A stretch of DNA of 64,000 bases from Vicugna vicugna (Eukaryota): the NCBI GenBank assembly GCA_013265495.1, contig MU059758.1, positions 3,491,067 to 3,555,066 of the forward strand. The letters are read 5' to 3'. The notes below the pieces were generated by a model that was not told the DNA's origin, did no database searches, and saw nothing but the letters and a program-made list of their open reading frames with translations. A program made the position numbers and the translations under genes. Shown one piece after another: positions 1-13,582 of the stretch. Within the stretch, counting starts at the first letter, position 1, and every line of letters begins with the position of its first letter.

Positions 1-2619
1 GTTGCTTTCAGGATTAGAAGGTGTATGGAGAGTGAACTGACTTCAGCATTGAGCATTCATCTCATGGTGTCATGATTCAGGTGGTGACCTTTGGCATCAG
101 GAACTGTGTATCCCACATTTTGAGGTGCTTTGTTTAAAAAAATCTGGAAGAAATCCCCACGGAGAGAAGATGGCATCTGGGCTGAGTCTCCCTGGCTTGG
201 CTGTGGCGGGGAATCCGTGGCACTGTGGGGTGTATCCCTGCCCCCCTCTGGCACTGGAGGCTCTCCTTGGGGATGGCGGGAGTTCCTGGTGTTTGGAGTG
301 CCCGGGGTGCTGTCAGAGGAGGTCCTTCTGAATAGAGCCTCTGTCCGCCCCAGCCCTCTCTCTCCATTCAGGCCCGAATACAGAAGTACTTTTGATACCA
401 TCTGCTGAGTTGTCAGCTCTTGTGGAGGTAAAAGGGCTAAAGTGGTGCAGGGGAGGGTTATTAGGGGCATGGCCATCTAAATGGGAGCCCTTTAACCAAA
501 TTCTGGCCGTGGACGGCGTTTCCGCATTCCGGATTGCTGCAAAGAAACCCCCGAGCATGTGCCGACAAAGCTGCTCTGTTGTCTGCAGGGGGGCTTGATG
601 CCCCCCGCCCCCACCTTCTCGGTGCCTGGTGCCTGGCCCTCCCGAGTGGAGTGATTGGGTGATCGGATGGGAGAAGAAAGGATTAGGGAAAGCAGTGGTC
701 TGCTTTCTGCTAGTTACCAGCAGCTGTTTTGGGCCGGTGGGGGCTGGAGTGTCATGCTGTGTGTTTGTGGAAATGTGACGTCTGATTGAGACATAATGGA
801 TGGCTCCTGGGGCCCCGAGTAGGGTGGGGGCCGAGGGCCCCAAGGTGGGGTTGGAGCCCTGCTCCATCACTGGCCTACTGCGCCCTCGGGGCCACCTGCA
901 GTGTCGGGGGCAGAGGTCCGGGGCGAGGCCCATGTGCGCAGGGACTGGAGAAGACGTCCTTAGTTACCCTCACTCTTACCTTCCTCCTCCACCAGCCCGT
1001 AAAGTCTCTGCTCTCAGGCTGCTGTGGGGCTGGGCAGGAGCGGCTCCCAGCGGAGCCACCTTGCAGAGTATGAAGCACCACCTGGTGATTAGTATTACCT
1101 TTTTACAGCCTCGACTGGGTTGAATGCCGTTGGATACTGCATTTATATCATTTTCTCTGCACTTGCTGTCTATAGTTGTGATTCTCCTAGGGTTTTGGTG
1201 GCTAGGTTGGTGGGCTTATAAAAAATTTTCAATTAATTTCTTCTTGATTGGAGAATGACCATGGTTGTTACGAGTGGCAAAAAGGTGCACAAGTCCTTCT
1301 CTGCGTCTTCTAGCTAAATAAACTGAGTAAAGTAGTGACTTTCAGATTTTAATCTTCCAGCCCTCTTGTAAAGCAGGCCTCAGAGTTTGTGGACTTGCGA
1401 CTCCACAGCAGCTCAGTGGGATGAGTAACTGGGAAACTGTCTCCTCGCAATTTCTTTGGGAAGCAAAGGAAGGGAATTAATAGAATTTGGATGTTTCTGT
1501 AAAATAGGGTTATTTTCTGATTTTGAAATCCCCTCTAACTTAAAAAGACTCCTTCTATGTATTTCAAACGTAACCTGCCGTGAGCAGGTCAGTGCCAGGC
1601 GCTGGTGCCTGGGCACGGCTTTGGGTGGTGGGGTGAGGGCTGTGGGGGGCAGCAGGCCCAGGTGCGGTGTGGCTGGGGGGCTCTGCTGCCCCGAGGACGC
1701 GGGGACTGAGAACAGCCGTGCTGTCATGGTGTTATCCCCACAACATCACTGTGTGGGAAGTCTGTGTGGGCTTGGTATTCCTTAGAGGATTTATTTAATA
1801 CACTTGTAAATATTGTTTACTGAAATAAAGGAACACTGAGATTGAAAGAACCCCGTACTGCACGTATGGATGTGTGTGCATGAAACTGTACCTTTCACGA
1901 GTAAGGTTGGGACGCATTGCGCCATAGTATCACACAAAAGGGTGTTTTGGGGAAATTGTACCCACATCTAACCTTTCTGTTAAATGTGACTTATTTTATT
2001 AGGAAGGTCATTACACCAAGTGTCAGGTGAATTGGAATCTAACCTTCGTTTGAGGCTGTGATCTTGGCTGAATCTGTATTCCAGCTCAAATTCCTATTGG
2101 TCAAACAAGGACGAGAGCCCTGATGGCCTCCCTAGAGCTGTTGAGGTGATCCGCTGTGTGAGGACACAGACAGAAAGGCATGCCTGCAGAGTATGCAGTG
2201 ACTTAGAAGACAGGTGGGCCAGACATACTGCATTTTAAACAGATGCTAATACTCCCTGGGAGTTAGTTACGTGGGTAGTTTTGCGGTGTTATTAACCACT
2301 TCATAGTTGTGTCTGCACTGAAGCCCTGTGGTTTCTCTAAAGCAGCTTACACCTGAGTACTGCAAACCCCTCGCTTGCCGGTCGCACTTGTTGCTTATAG
2401 CTTAGGCTAATTTAGTTGAAGTAAATCAGGACCCTAACTTCCTCCATATTGTGGCTCATTTTCTTCCCTTATTTTAATCATTTCCCTTTTCTTTCTCCTT
2501 CATTCTCCCTTATTTATAAACATCCCTGAAAATCCTAAATGCTTTTAAGTGAAATAATATCAGATTAAAATGTTTATTTCACTGCTTAAGTGACCAAATT
2601 TCATATCACTCATTGTTGG

Positions 2620-3132
2620 GTACCTTGATACGCTGTAGAAATGTGAAGTGTTTATCCGTGAAATATGGTTCCAAAAATGTTAACAAGGAATCCTAACTGA
2701 AGTGAAATTAGGGCTGGAGGAACAAGTTAACAATACAAATAGTACAAAGGAATAATCAGATAAATCCAAAATGTGAGCCCTTCTACTAGGCCACTGGCCC
2801 GATTTCTTCAAAAAATCAAAGATGCTGGAGGGATTGTTATGGAAGCAAGCCAAAAATGGGGTGGGGGCATGAGGACCACTGGAATGTGGACCCGGTGTTG
2901 GGTAATGTGGGCATAATCGTTTTCTCAGCTGCGGTGAAGCTGGCGAGGGACACTCTTACCTGTATTTAGCATTGAGGTCTCTTCGTGCTTAGGACTTAGT
3001 TTGAAATGGTTCAGTAGGGAAATCTGTCTTATTAAGAGATGTAGCTAATTTGAATAATTAGATATTCGTTATATTTAGGATCATTCTTTTCCACTTTTTC
3101 TGTATATTTAGAAATTTCACAATTAAAAGTTA
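2620..3132 (+). mobile_element. Old L1 (L1MC/L1ME-type) 3' end fragment
   Basis: Recognisable segments atcagataaatccaaaatgtgag...ggcccgatttcttcaaaaa and terminal ccactttttctgtatatttagaaatttcacaattaaaagtt; recognised by eye. Confidence 0.55.
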
Positions 3133-5949
3133 AGTGGTACTTCCATTTTGAGGCGGTTACTCTGCAGATTGTATTTTAAAATGCAGACTCACATGAATTC
3201 CTTTAAAGGCATTTCTTTGCCATGGCGACTTTTGGTGTCTTTTCAGCTTGCTTGTTTAATCTTTAACAATGAAAGACCGCACCCTGTGCTCCAGGGTGTG
3301 TGTGTGTGTGAGGGGGGTGCTCTTGGTAGCCCCCACCCCTTTCAGACCCGCCTTCACCTGGGGCCACGGGCCCTGCGTACCCTCCACCTGCTGGAAAACT
3401 TCCTCCCTTGCCTCATAAATAAACTAATGTGAGGACCCAGCCTCTCTGCTATAAAAGTCTTTGAAATGACAGAAAAATGAGGTTTATTGGACTGATGGTT
3501 CCTTTTTCCAAGTGAACGGGTTGGGGGAGCTGGCGGTGGTCACACGGGCGCAGTGGGAGTGGAGTTGTGGTTGGTTTGGGGGTCAGGTGGATGGTGTTCT
3601 GGTGAGCAAGCAGAACCATCAGTCTCTCGAAGGTGGACTGTGGGGGCCTCTAGGGGCCCCCGCCCTGGCCGCTGGCTCTCAGTCGCTGTGGTGCCACTTC
3701 CAGCAGTGTAAATAAGCAGGCATTTGAACTGATTGGGTAGTTTTGAAGGGGATTAATCCTAAACCTCCTGATTTCCAGCCGCAATCAGATTTAGAGCTTT
3801 ATTGTCTTAAGAGCTGGGTGTTGTTTTTTTTTTTTCAAAGTTTTCTTAAAACTTAAACATTGCATGTTTTTTCCTAACTTGTTTCCGGCCTCAGGATCTC
3901 CAGGTTCATTTCCCTTTATGTTTCCTGTGCTAGGAGAGAATTCTTTCCAGCTCTGTCTGGGCATATGGGTCGAGGCGACTTGTTTCCGCTGGAGAGATTT
4001 GTTGGTGATAGAAGGGGCTGGTGAGGTGGACCTGTGGGTACAGGATCCCGTCTAGAAAACCTCAGGCACATTTTGAGATGCTCCTTTAGGACGAATAAGT
4101 CAACAGCCACACATCCTTGGCAAACGTGAACCTTCACTGAAGGTTGGCTGGAGAGGCCCTATAGTTTAACCTGGTTTTCACTAGAAAATTTTAAATTGTA
4201 AAGAGCATCTCGCTTTCCCCACAAGTATGGCTTTTCAGTAGCTCTTCAGTTTGGAATTCAGGGGGATTCTCCGCGTGGCCCCTTGTTTGGTGTGACTTTG
4301 GCTTTGGTTGTGCTGAAATCTGTTGTCTCCAGAATGGCCCTGTCCTTGAACTCTCAGACCTCAGGAAAGAGCATTTGGTGTGAACAGACGTCCCACCTTT
4401 GGAGATGCTTCTGCCTGTTTTTATCCAAACCAGTCCTCTCGGGCAGAGTTCTCGGGCTGCTGGCTCCAGACAGGTCTCCCAGACAGAGATGTCCCCTCTA
4501 AGTGGCACTGGCTGTAGGTGGGGTCTCTGTTGTCCTAGCCTCTTGTTAGGCAGGAAATGTGCTTTAATAATTGCTGTGACAGCTTGGCTTACTAATGACT
4601 GGGTTAGAATGAGCTGTAATATTCTGTTGTTTGTACTCAGACATGTTATTTTTTTCCTTTTTCTTACTTTCCCACAAATAAAACCGGCTACTGGATTTGG
4701 TGGCTCACTATGAAGCGGTACTGTTGTCCCAATCAGGGATTTGGTTTCACAAATTTTTGGAGTAGCTAATTGGAACAGATTTTTCTTCTTTTTTTCCTTA
4801 ATTGTTACTTTTTATGTGATTCCTCTTTGCATGTGACTTATTCCTGAAGCTGCCCCTCAAGCATGTGATCATCTTGCATCACAATCATAGTAATACTTTA
4901 ATATCATAATGGTTTGGGGGCGCTAAAGTAACTTCCTGTTTGCATTTCCACATCCAGTTAGGGGGTGTACTTTGTCCTTTTCCGTAGGATTTCCATCTGT
5001 TTCCTCTGTCATTGACCAGTGGGCTTGGGAGATGGAGAACATTACTATGTTTAATGTATGTTGCTTTGCTTTTAGTAGTTGTAAGTGCTTTTACCAAAGA
5101 ATAAAGTGTTGGGTTGGAAAGGACAAAGTTTGTGTCTCAAGGAGCAAAAAAAAAAAGTGCTTCATCCTCTTCTGACCCGCAGTCTTCCCTGGGTGGGCTC
5201 TGGCTCAGCTTTAACTTCTGGTTAAATTCCCACATTTTAGGCTTTTCCTTAACATTAGTGTCTGTGTAAATCACAGAAAAGTGCACCTTTTCCTGTGTGT
5301 TTTTTCCTAGAGATAGGGCAGTGACGCCTGTCGCCCACCCCTCCCGGAAACCATGTGTTTGTGGTGTCCCCACAACGGGCAGAGGCGTTGCGAGGGCCAG
5401 GTGGCGGGTGGAGCAGATGTCTCCAGCCAGCGTCCGTGGTGCCAGCGCTGCGTGTGCAGCCTCACTGAGGGTTTTAGGAGCTGCTCGGTTGATGAGAAAC
5501 CCCCCCTTCTGGCCTGTCAGCGCTGCTGCTGCTCCTCTTCAGCAGAGGACACAAAAGCCTTTTGTTTGCTTTGTGGAGAAAAATGCGAGTTTGCAGGAGG
5601 CACAGGGCGTCAGTGCCATAGTCGGGCTAAGCCTGCTCAGACCCTTCCCGTTGGAAACAGTAGTGGGGTTTGGTCATAAAGCTAAAAGGAGAAGCAGCTG
5701 GGATCTTATTTATTATGTGCTGGTTGTGTCATTTTAGATGAGAAAGGAAATCTTTGCTTTTGCTTTTGCCAAAATCTCGTGCCTGTGTTTGATACATGGC
5801 TTCTTGGAAATAACTATAATTTACTGAATCTTAAGTGGTGTTATGTGACTGGGCTTTCTTTTAATGGGAAAATTAGCTGCTTGATTATTGTAGTCTCATT
5901 TGCTCTTGTGTTCTCATTTAAACAAAAAAGTAGAGTGAGTTTCAACTCC

Positions 5950-6025
5950 TCTTAGCAAATATTTACTATCAGCTAGGTGCCAGTGATGTAACAGTGAAAA
6001 GTCAGCAGGGTGTGGTCCCTGCCCT
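5950..6025 (-). mobile_element. L2 3' end fragment, antisense
   Basis: gcaaatatttactatcagctaggtgccag...gtggtccctgccc. Confidence 0.4.
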
Positions 6026-9000
6026 ACTTAGTGTGCTTACAGACATGTGAGTTTGTTCCTAAATGGAGGGGAAGGGGGGTCATGGTGGATGGAATTTTGA
6101 GAAGAAAAGTGGGGTTTTTGTGCTTCTGCATTATATTAGAAATGAACTGAGTTCTCGTGTTTGCATGTTAATAACTTAAGAAGATTGTGGCTTTGTGATG
6201 CTCATCCAGTGATGTCCTGAGATTTTGAGCCATTTGTTGGGGGTTGTATATTTGAAAAGAACATCTGAAGGAAGTAGGGGGTACTGACGACCCTAACAGA
6301 TGATTGATGTCTGCGAGATGAAGTTTTCGGGCTTTTATTAATTTGTTATAAGCAAAATTGTATTTCATAGACAAATTTCCTAGGAGGATGGGCCAGCTTC
6401 AGTCACATCTCTTAGTTCCTGTGGATTTATCATATCACTTGTTGTCTTTCGATAAATCAGTTCTGTTCTTTAGAAAGCTGCTGGTAGTTAATTTCTCAGT
6501 AACAAGATGTTAACATAGTGTAGTCGGAATCCTCAAAGAAGATCTTTTAAAAATAAGTTTTAGGTCTAAATTTTGCAAAACGTTATATTTTTGTTCTAAT
6601 TTTTGTAGAATAAAAATATTGTACCGTAAAACTGCGTGGTAATGCAGATTTAATTTGATTAGCAGTAGCTCGCCTTCCGTCTGGCCTTGTTTCTGAATTG
6701 CAGGGTGGACCTTCCCGTCCCCGGTGTTCTCCTTGCCCCGTCTCCATGGATCGGACTAAGAAGCCAGGCCTGGGCTTCTTGGAATTGCAGCTGCCGCCTT
6801 GCGTGGCGCCCAGCCACAGGACCCACAGCTGTCCCAGCGGACACTGAGGCCCGGGCAGACAGCTGCTATCAGGTGGTGCCAGATCGTGGCAGGATCCAAT
6901 GTGGAGACTGCACAGCTAGCCCCTTCTCCGCCCCGGGGAGGAGGGGCTGCTACTTAAATGGAGTGAGCAGGACAGGGGCTGGAGCAGAGCAGACCTTTCA
7001 CCTCCCCGTGGGTGTGATACCTGGTGGGGAGAATCTCCCAGACCACCTGGATGCGCAGTGAGATGGGGGATGGCCTGGCCCTTGTAGTGAGTCCCCTCCC
7101 CTGTGCTGTATCACTTACTCTCAGCATCCCCCCCTTTCTGGCCTATCCAGTGTGTCGCCCATCTTCTTTCCTGTCTTCCTCTGAGCTTACAGCCTGTCTC
7201 CACTGAGTGCCAGGTGTCTGCTAGAAGACAGGGGAGCATCCTCCCACCTGACATTGTCCCTAGCCCTTCTCCCCAGCTGAACATCGTTGCCACCGCTACA
7301 CCTGTAACTGCTCAGAGGCTGTGCAGGTGGCGAGCGAGCAGTGGAGTTGTGCGGGGGCTCCAGTCAGTGAGACTGGGTCCTTGTTCACGTGACAGTCTGA
7401 TGCCCTGTGCTGCAGGACGGATGCCTCCACTGGAGGGATTGGACACTAGAGTGAGAAGATGTCAGATTGACCCGCTTCTGTCGTTCTTAACAAGAAGCAG
7501 ACCCCCTCCATGATTCACTGGAGTCCTAAGCACGAAGCGCAGTAGCTGAATGTCTTGTAACTGATGGTTTCGGAATCTGTCCTGACACTGTGGTCCGTGG
7601 CGGGGGGTCGCAGGGCTCCCTCTGGGTCCCTCAGGTCTCCCGCCTGTGGTCTGACCTGCCATCCCTGGGCTTTGTGATCGCTCCGCTAGGGTTCACAATT
7701 CTGTTGGCTAAATGTGTGCTGAATGGACATTGTCCTCATAATATTGCTGCCCTTAGCCTCTACTTGGGTGTGGCCCCTGTACAAAGAGCCCCGCAGTTTG
7801 TACTCAGCACCTCAACCACCTGAAAATCACTCAGAAACAAGTTGCTTGTTTTTTATCCCTTGAAACGGCAAATTGCCTCCCCAGGGTGTACGGTCATGTG
7901 TCACCCTTAAACAAGTAAACCCTGTATCTGAAGTTGTAGTCCACACACGTGAAAAAGCACACCCCCCAACATTTCTTCAGACTTGGTGATTTCAGTATCC
8001 ACTTCAGGGAATACACCTACTAATTGAGAAGAGGCATAACTGTAGAAATACTTGTCTCTGTATGAATTTTGTTCCTTGTAGATGGTGGGTTGTTGTGACT
8101 CTCCTTCCAAAGATCTGGATGAGGTTACTTTGTCCAAGAAAGGCTGAGAAAGAAAAACTGCCGCTGAGTTTCCTCAGTTACCCCCAGTCTGGAGAGGTAG
8201 CACTGGACTGAAAAGCGGTACAAAAAGCGGAGCTTGGTGACTGAAGTCCTCCTCGGCACTCGTGTCGCGGGGTGTTTCATCAGTTTCACACGCAGGGAAG
8301 GTTGCTCTTGCAGTCACGGATGAACGTTCTTGTATCCTGGCCTGTGCCGGGCTGTCCGCTCACATCCTTGGAGGTACGGGTGCCCATGAGGGGACCGCAC
8401 AGCTGCACCCGGTTGGCAGCGTTCTTGGCGTTGGGTTTTCACCAAGCGAGTACATGTCCGATGAGGGTCGGGCAGTGCTCAGTAAATGCTGCACTGTATC
8501 TGGGTCTTGCAGGGCCACTGGGGGAGGAGTTAGACCCGTCCTGGCTTCATGGCGAGGTCATAAGAACAGGAAAAGTGAGGGCTGGGAGGGGGAGGGAGCG
8601 CAGACAGTGCCAACAAAGCAGAACCCCTCAGCGGATGTGTCTGTCTCTCTGCGGCGCCCCTTGAGCAAACAGGAAAGAGGCGCGTGGCCCCAGAGGTGTC
8701 CTAGGTTTTGAATCATTCCTGCTTCCCTTTAGTATTTAAATTTTATTTCAAAAATTGTCATAAAGTGAAATTGACTTTTCTCTTCTGGCAGCCCAGGCGC
8801 GCGGCACTGAGTGGATCCGTGTAACCGTGGTCAGAGCACTACACTGCCCGTCACCAGGCTCCTCTCACTGCTCCTGTGGGCTCAGTTTGGAGGGCGGCCT
8901 GGTGCCGGAGAGGCTGCGCTCTTCCCGGGCAGGCCCGTTGGTGGACAGGATGAGGGTGTGAGGCACGGGTGTGGGGTGCAGGTGTGGCGGAACATGGGCG

Positions 9001-12000
9001 CCTCCCTCGGGGCCCTGACGCTGGCGTGTCCCTCCCAGGCCTCCTCGCTCGTTTTCTCACACTTCAGTTTTGCGTGTTCTACTAGTGGACCCAGGTTCCC
9101 TTTCCCCCTTTGTGCCTGGAGGATGGTTGTTGGCACTCGGGCTTTCAGAACCTCCTTCATCGGTCTTACCCCTCCGGCTCCCTGCACGTTCCCCATGGGA
9201 GCGGCTTCTGGGGGCCCTGGCCGGTACAGGTTAGGAGGGGAGGTTCCTGGGGGCAGCCGGCCTCTGACCTTTAGGACCAGTGTGGGATGTGGTGGTTTCC
9301 CTGCCCAGAGCCAGTCTACCCAGAGCCCGTCCGCTTGTGATCACACTTGCCCCCTGCCCCCGACTGTATTTCTTGTGAAGGGTTTGTATCTCACGGTTTA
9401 CCCCTGGAGGGTCTGTTGACCTGGGGACTACTGTGGTGGACTTGCCGGGAAGCTTGAGGGGCTGTCACCTGCGGGACTTGCAGGATGTACACCCATCGTG
9501 GTTTGTAAAGGTTCTGTCTGCAAATCACTGAATGATTCATCACAGAAGCATCTACGGCTCTTCATTGGTCTCCTGATTACTCACTCACAGCCATCTGCTG
9601 GGCCTGCAGTGTGCAGGTACCGGGCGAGGTACTGGGGTGTTACTTCCCCGGCCTCTAACTTAGAGCCTAATAATTAGTGATTCACCATCTAGGTGGCTTT
9701 TATTTCCCCGTTAAAACGAAAATTCTTAAAGCATGGTGAGGGAAGGGTGAGTGGGCCTTCTGTTGGCCCAGGGCAGGCCTGTTTCCACCTGCTGTGCTGG
9801 CAGGGCCTCGCTTCACCTCCAGTGTCCTGTCCGGTGGTGAATTAGCGTGGTTGCCTGGTGGAGGGGGCGGGAGGCGGGTCTGTCGGGTCGTCCCACTGGG
9901 CGGTGTTTCTGTTGGACTGACTGGTGTGGGGCATCTGGGCCTGGCTTCTCCCGTGCCGCCGGGGCCACACCTGTTGGTTTCACACGGCCGGGAGGGAACG
10001 ACCACGCGTTTATTAGCTGTGTTTATCAGCGTGAGGGTGAACCTCTCGTGGCGTGTGAGCCAGGGTGGTGGTGTTTTGGGGGCCTTTTAATTTTTTATTG
10101 AGAAAGTGGGCTTTGGTGGTGCCTGCCGGAGTCTTCCTGAGGTCATTCCTCACGGGGCTGTGGTGCAGCTGCTCTTGAGTTATTTAGGGGAGACCAGAAG
10201 ATATGGATGCTCAGCCCCCCTGCTTAGGGATTTTGATCTGGGTGAGGCCCAAGCATGTATAATTATAAACAAAAAACACCCAGCAGCAACAGCAAAACTC
10301 TTCTCCACTTGTCAGTGAGGGTTGCAGAAGCACTGCTGTAGCATGTGGTCGAGGACACCGGGTCCATGTAGTCTCAGCATGCACGGGTGTTCTGGGTGGT
10401 GCGGATTGGCGGGGGCGCGGAGAGCTCATGCCGGCGCAAGGGGCAACCTCTGCTCAGCTGAGCTCTAACACATTGTTTCCCTGGGGCTAGGAAACCAGCT
10501 TTAACAAATCTGTTTTTTCAAGAGAAACTAAAAATCTGGGTTTTTAGAGGTTTGCAGTGTCTTAATTTTTGGAATGTTCCCTTAAAAAAAAAGACAAAAA
10601 GCAATCATTATCTCCAAACTCCCCCCCCCCCAAAACTCACTACAGGAAATGTGATATCCAATTTAGTCAGTGAATTACCGGGGAGAATCTGTTGTTAGCA
10701 TCTAGAGAGTGGTTCTGGCTGGAGAGCTCAAAAGAATTGCCTTAGTAAGATGCCAGGGTAATCTGGAACGGTAGACGTGCAACCTTGACAAGACGCACAC
10801 GGGCTGTTTTTAATAGGGCAGTTGGAGTTTTTTGTTGTTGGAGTTTTGTGACCTCACGACCAGGTAGCCACATACAGAATGTTAATGTGCCATGATGTGC
10901 ACCATAAATTTAGGGATTTATTTTTCAATCAGAAGCATTTCTCTTCTGACTGCTGTCTTCAGAGAAAGAAGGGAGTCTTCGCTTTCACTGCTGTGTTGGA
11001 AAATCACATCCAGGCTCGGCCAGTAGAGTCCTCAGACCTCAACCTTGAGGGTGAGTTTTGCTGACAAGAGGTGATGTGGGCAGGTGGTCAGTGGAGAAAT
11101 CTTGAAGCTTCTTTTGGCTAGAGCCTCTGGTCCTGCCTCTGGCCGCCCTCTGTCTCTAATCTGAGCTGGAGCTTCATGGGAGGCAGTGGTCAGTTGGGAC
11201 GGGCTTGGCCTGCCCAGAGAAGGGACCTGCCCTCGTGTGTGCTGGGTGGGGCTGTGTCTGTTGGTGACAAGCGGGAGCAGAGCATGCCACCAGTGTGGAC
11301 CTGCCTGGATCAGGACCTCCATGTAACCTACAAGCCGGGGAGGATGCCGCCCCGGCCAAGGGAGGGTTAGTGGCCCAGGCTGAGCACCTGCGCATTCTTC
11401 TGTGTGGATTTGTTCTGCTCTCCAAGTCCTGAGGGCGAGTCACTCATCACCTCCCCGGGCTCTGCCCAAATGACAGGGTACTGGGAGGCCTCCCTGACCA
11501 CCCAGTGCAGAATAGCAGCCTCCCCGTCCCTGGCACTCCCTCTCTGCCCTCTGCTAGGTTTTACCCTGGAGGTTTTCGGTAAACCATGAGCAGATTGATT
11601 GTGTACGGCTTGTGCCCCCCTCTTCGCATGAGAGCGCAGACCCCAGCTGCTTGGTACGCCGGGCGTCCCTGGTGTGTAGACCAGCACCTGCTGAATCACG
11701 GTTCCAGCCTGGGGAGTAGCTCAGAGCCATCGACATTTCATGGCGAGGTGGCCATGCTTCTGTGAAGTTAAGGGACTCATTCAAGGTCATAAATCTGTTT
11801 AGTGGCCGAGTGAGCAGTTGATCAGGATTTCTTTCTACTTTGAATGTCATGGCTTTATCTTAGGAAGGTGAAGTGTGGTGTATTTTGTGGCCCAAAGAGT
11901 TTCAATTCAGTGTTCCCTTTCTGCTTAGAGTTGGTAGAGTAATTTTAGATGCTTGTGGTGCAGGTTGGAGAGGGCGACTTCCCTCCAGCAGCCAGTCTGT

Positions 12001-12699
12001 TGACAGATTTGTCTCATCAAGGGGTCAATGAAGGGAGGGTGGGTTTGGGCTGAACCAGTGGCGGAGCTCTGTGTCCCCGGAAGAAGATTGGCACTGGGCA
12101 CGGCTCCTGCCACCTGAAGCTGGAGCTCATCAGGCACTGCGTGTATTTGTGAGTATTTGTGAGTGCCTGCCGCAGTTGGTGTGACCAGCACACTACGTGG
12201 GGCCACGGCTCCTGGTGCTGCAGACAGTGGCGAAGTCTTCCTGCTCCGCCTGCGTGTCACGTTCTGATCACTCAGGCCTGGTGGTGGTCTTAGGAGCTCT
12301 GCAGGGTGGGCACCAGGGAGGAGGCGTCTCACTGGGGTGGCAGCAGCACTTTGGGGTGATGACTTGACCAGCATCAGTTTCTCAGCCTGTGACCTCCAAG
12401 GCTGTGGCACGAGTGGGGTTGACTGAAGAGAGGAGGCAGGGCTAGGAGGAGGCCGAGGGAAGGGCTTCCCTACGACAGCCCGCTGGAATGATCCCTGTAC
12501 CTGGAGGGCAGGCACGGGGGCAGACGGATGTGTGCGAAGGAACATGCCAACCCCGACAGACCACATGCTTCTCGCTCAGATTCTACGTCCGGACCCCGCC
12601 TGCCCACCCTCTGTTGTCACTTACTGAGTGGGATGGGAGTGAAAGAACCTTTAGCGTTTAAATCACTGTGGCCTGTAAGGAAATGTGCTGCTCTGAAGC

Positions 12700-12832
12700 C
12701 AGTCCCCTGAGTGTGGGTTCCATCTGCCTTCTTCGCAGCTGTGGGACCTGGGCTAGTTTCTGATCTCATGGGACCCCCCTTCCTTTCTGTAAAATAGGGC
12801 TGACTTTATTATTTGCGAGGTTGTTGTGAGCA
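12700..12832 (+). mobile_element. MIR fragment
   Basis: gctgtgggacctggg...ctttctgtaaaataggg...gaggttgttgtgag core. Confidence 0.55.
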
Positions 12833-13582
12833 CAGCATTCTGTAGTATGATACGTTCGAGTTTTTGGACACTTGTATGTGCCAGGCACAAAAATAAATAT
12901 TAAAAGACACTGAAAGAATAAACGCACAGTGGACGCCACTTTATCCTTTTATTCCTAGAGTGGCAGAGGAGGCTCATTTATTGGTAGGGAAGAGCAGGAA
13001 AGGAGGAGACAGAAAAGCAGGGAATTTCATCCCAGTTTGACTTTGTTTGTTTAGATTGTAATGTGCTCAGTGCACGGCTGCATCATGCGGCCTGGTTAGG
13101 GCAGGTGGCAGCTCACTGCAGTGACCCCGCTAGGTTTGCTTAAGCCTTGGTAAAGTTATAAAACTGCTCTTTTATTTTATTTACTTATTCACAGTCTTTC
13201 ACTGTGGTTCTTATTCTGAGAAAGCTGCAGTGGGTGTGTACAACTTAAAACAAAACGGTTATTAACACCAAGGAAGACTCATCCATTTATATAATATGGT
13301 TCTTTCTAGTAAATCATGATTTTTAACAAAAGATGCATTGAGGGGAGAACTTCCTTTTTCAAATGCTGAGATAAGCTCTCTCTATTTTCCGCTTAAGCGT
13401 CTTCTAAGGCATCAGTTACTTGTTTTCATTTTGACCAAGTTGAACTGTAGGTAGACATGGTATGAGTCTGTGTGAGGATGCTTTGACTTTGCAAATTGAG
13501 TTGATGGCATGGACACATCATTTCTGGTGAGGGATACCGTCAAATGGAACCTCAAAAGGAAACTTTCTGAAAGTGAATTTTC

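Noticed and set aside
313-933. Long intronic ORFs (313-933, 8811-9419, 11925-12566, 20335-20931, 32237-32857 and similar)
   Set aside because: They are P/G/A/R/S-rich low-information translations expected where stop codons are rare in GC-rich DNA; many start at GTG or TTG and none resembles a known family.
8771-8987. Cryptic exon from acceptor ttgacttttctcttctggcag (8791) to donor CAG|gtgtgg (8981)
   Set aside because: The 190-nt segment has no coding resemblance, and pseudo-splice sites of this quality are abundant in long introns.
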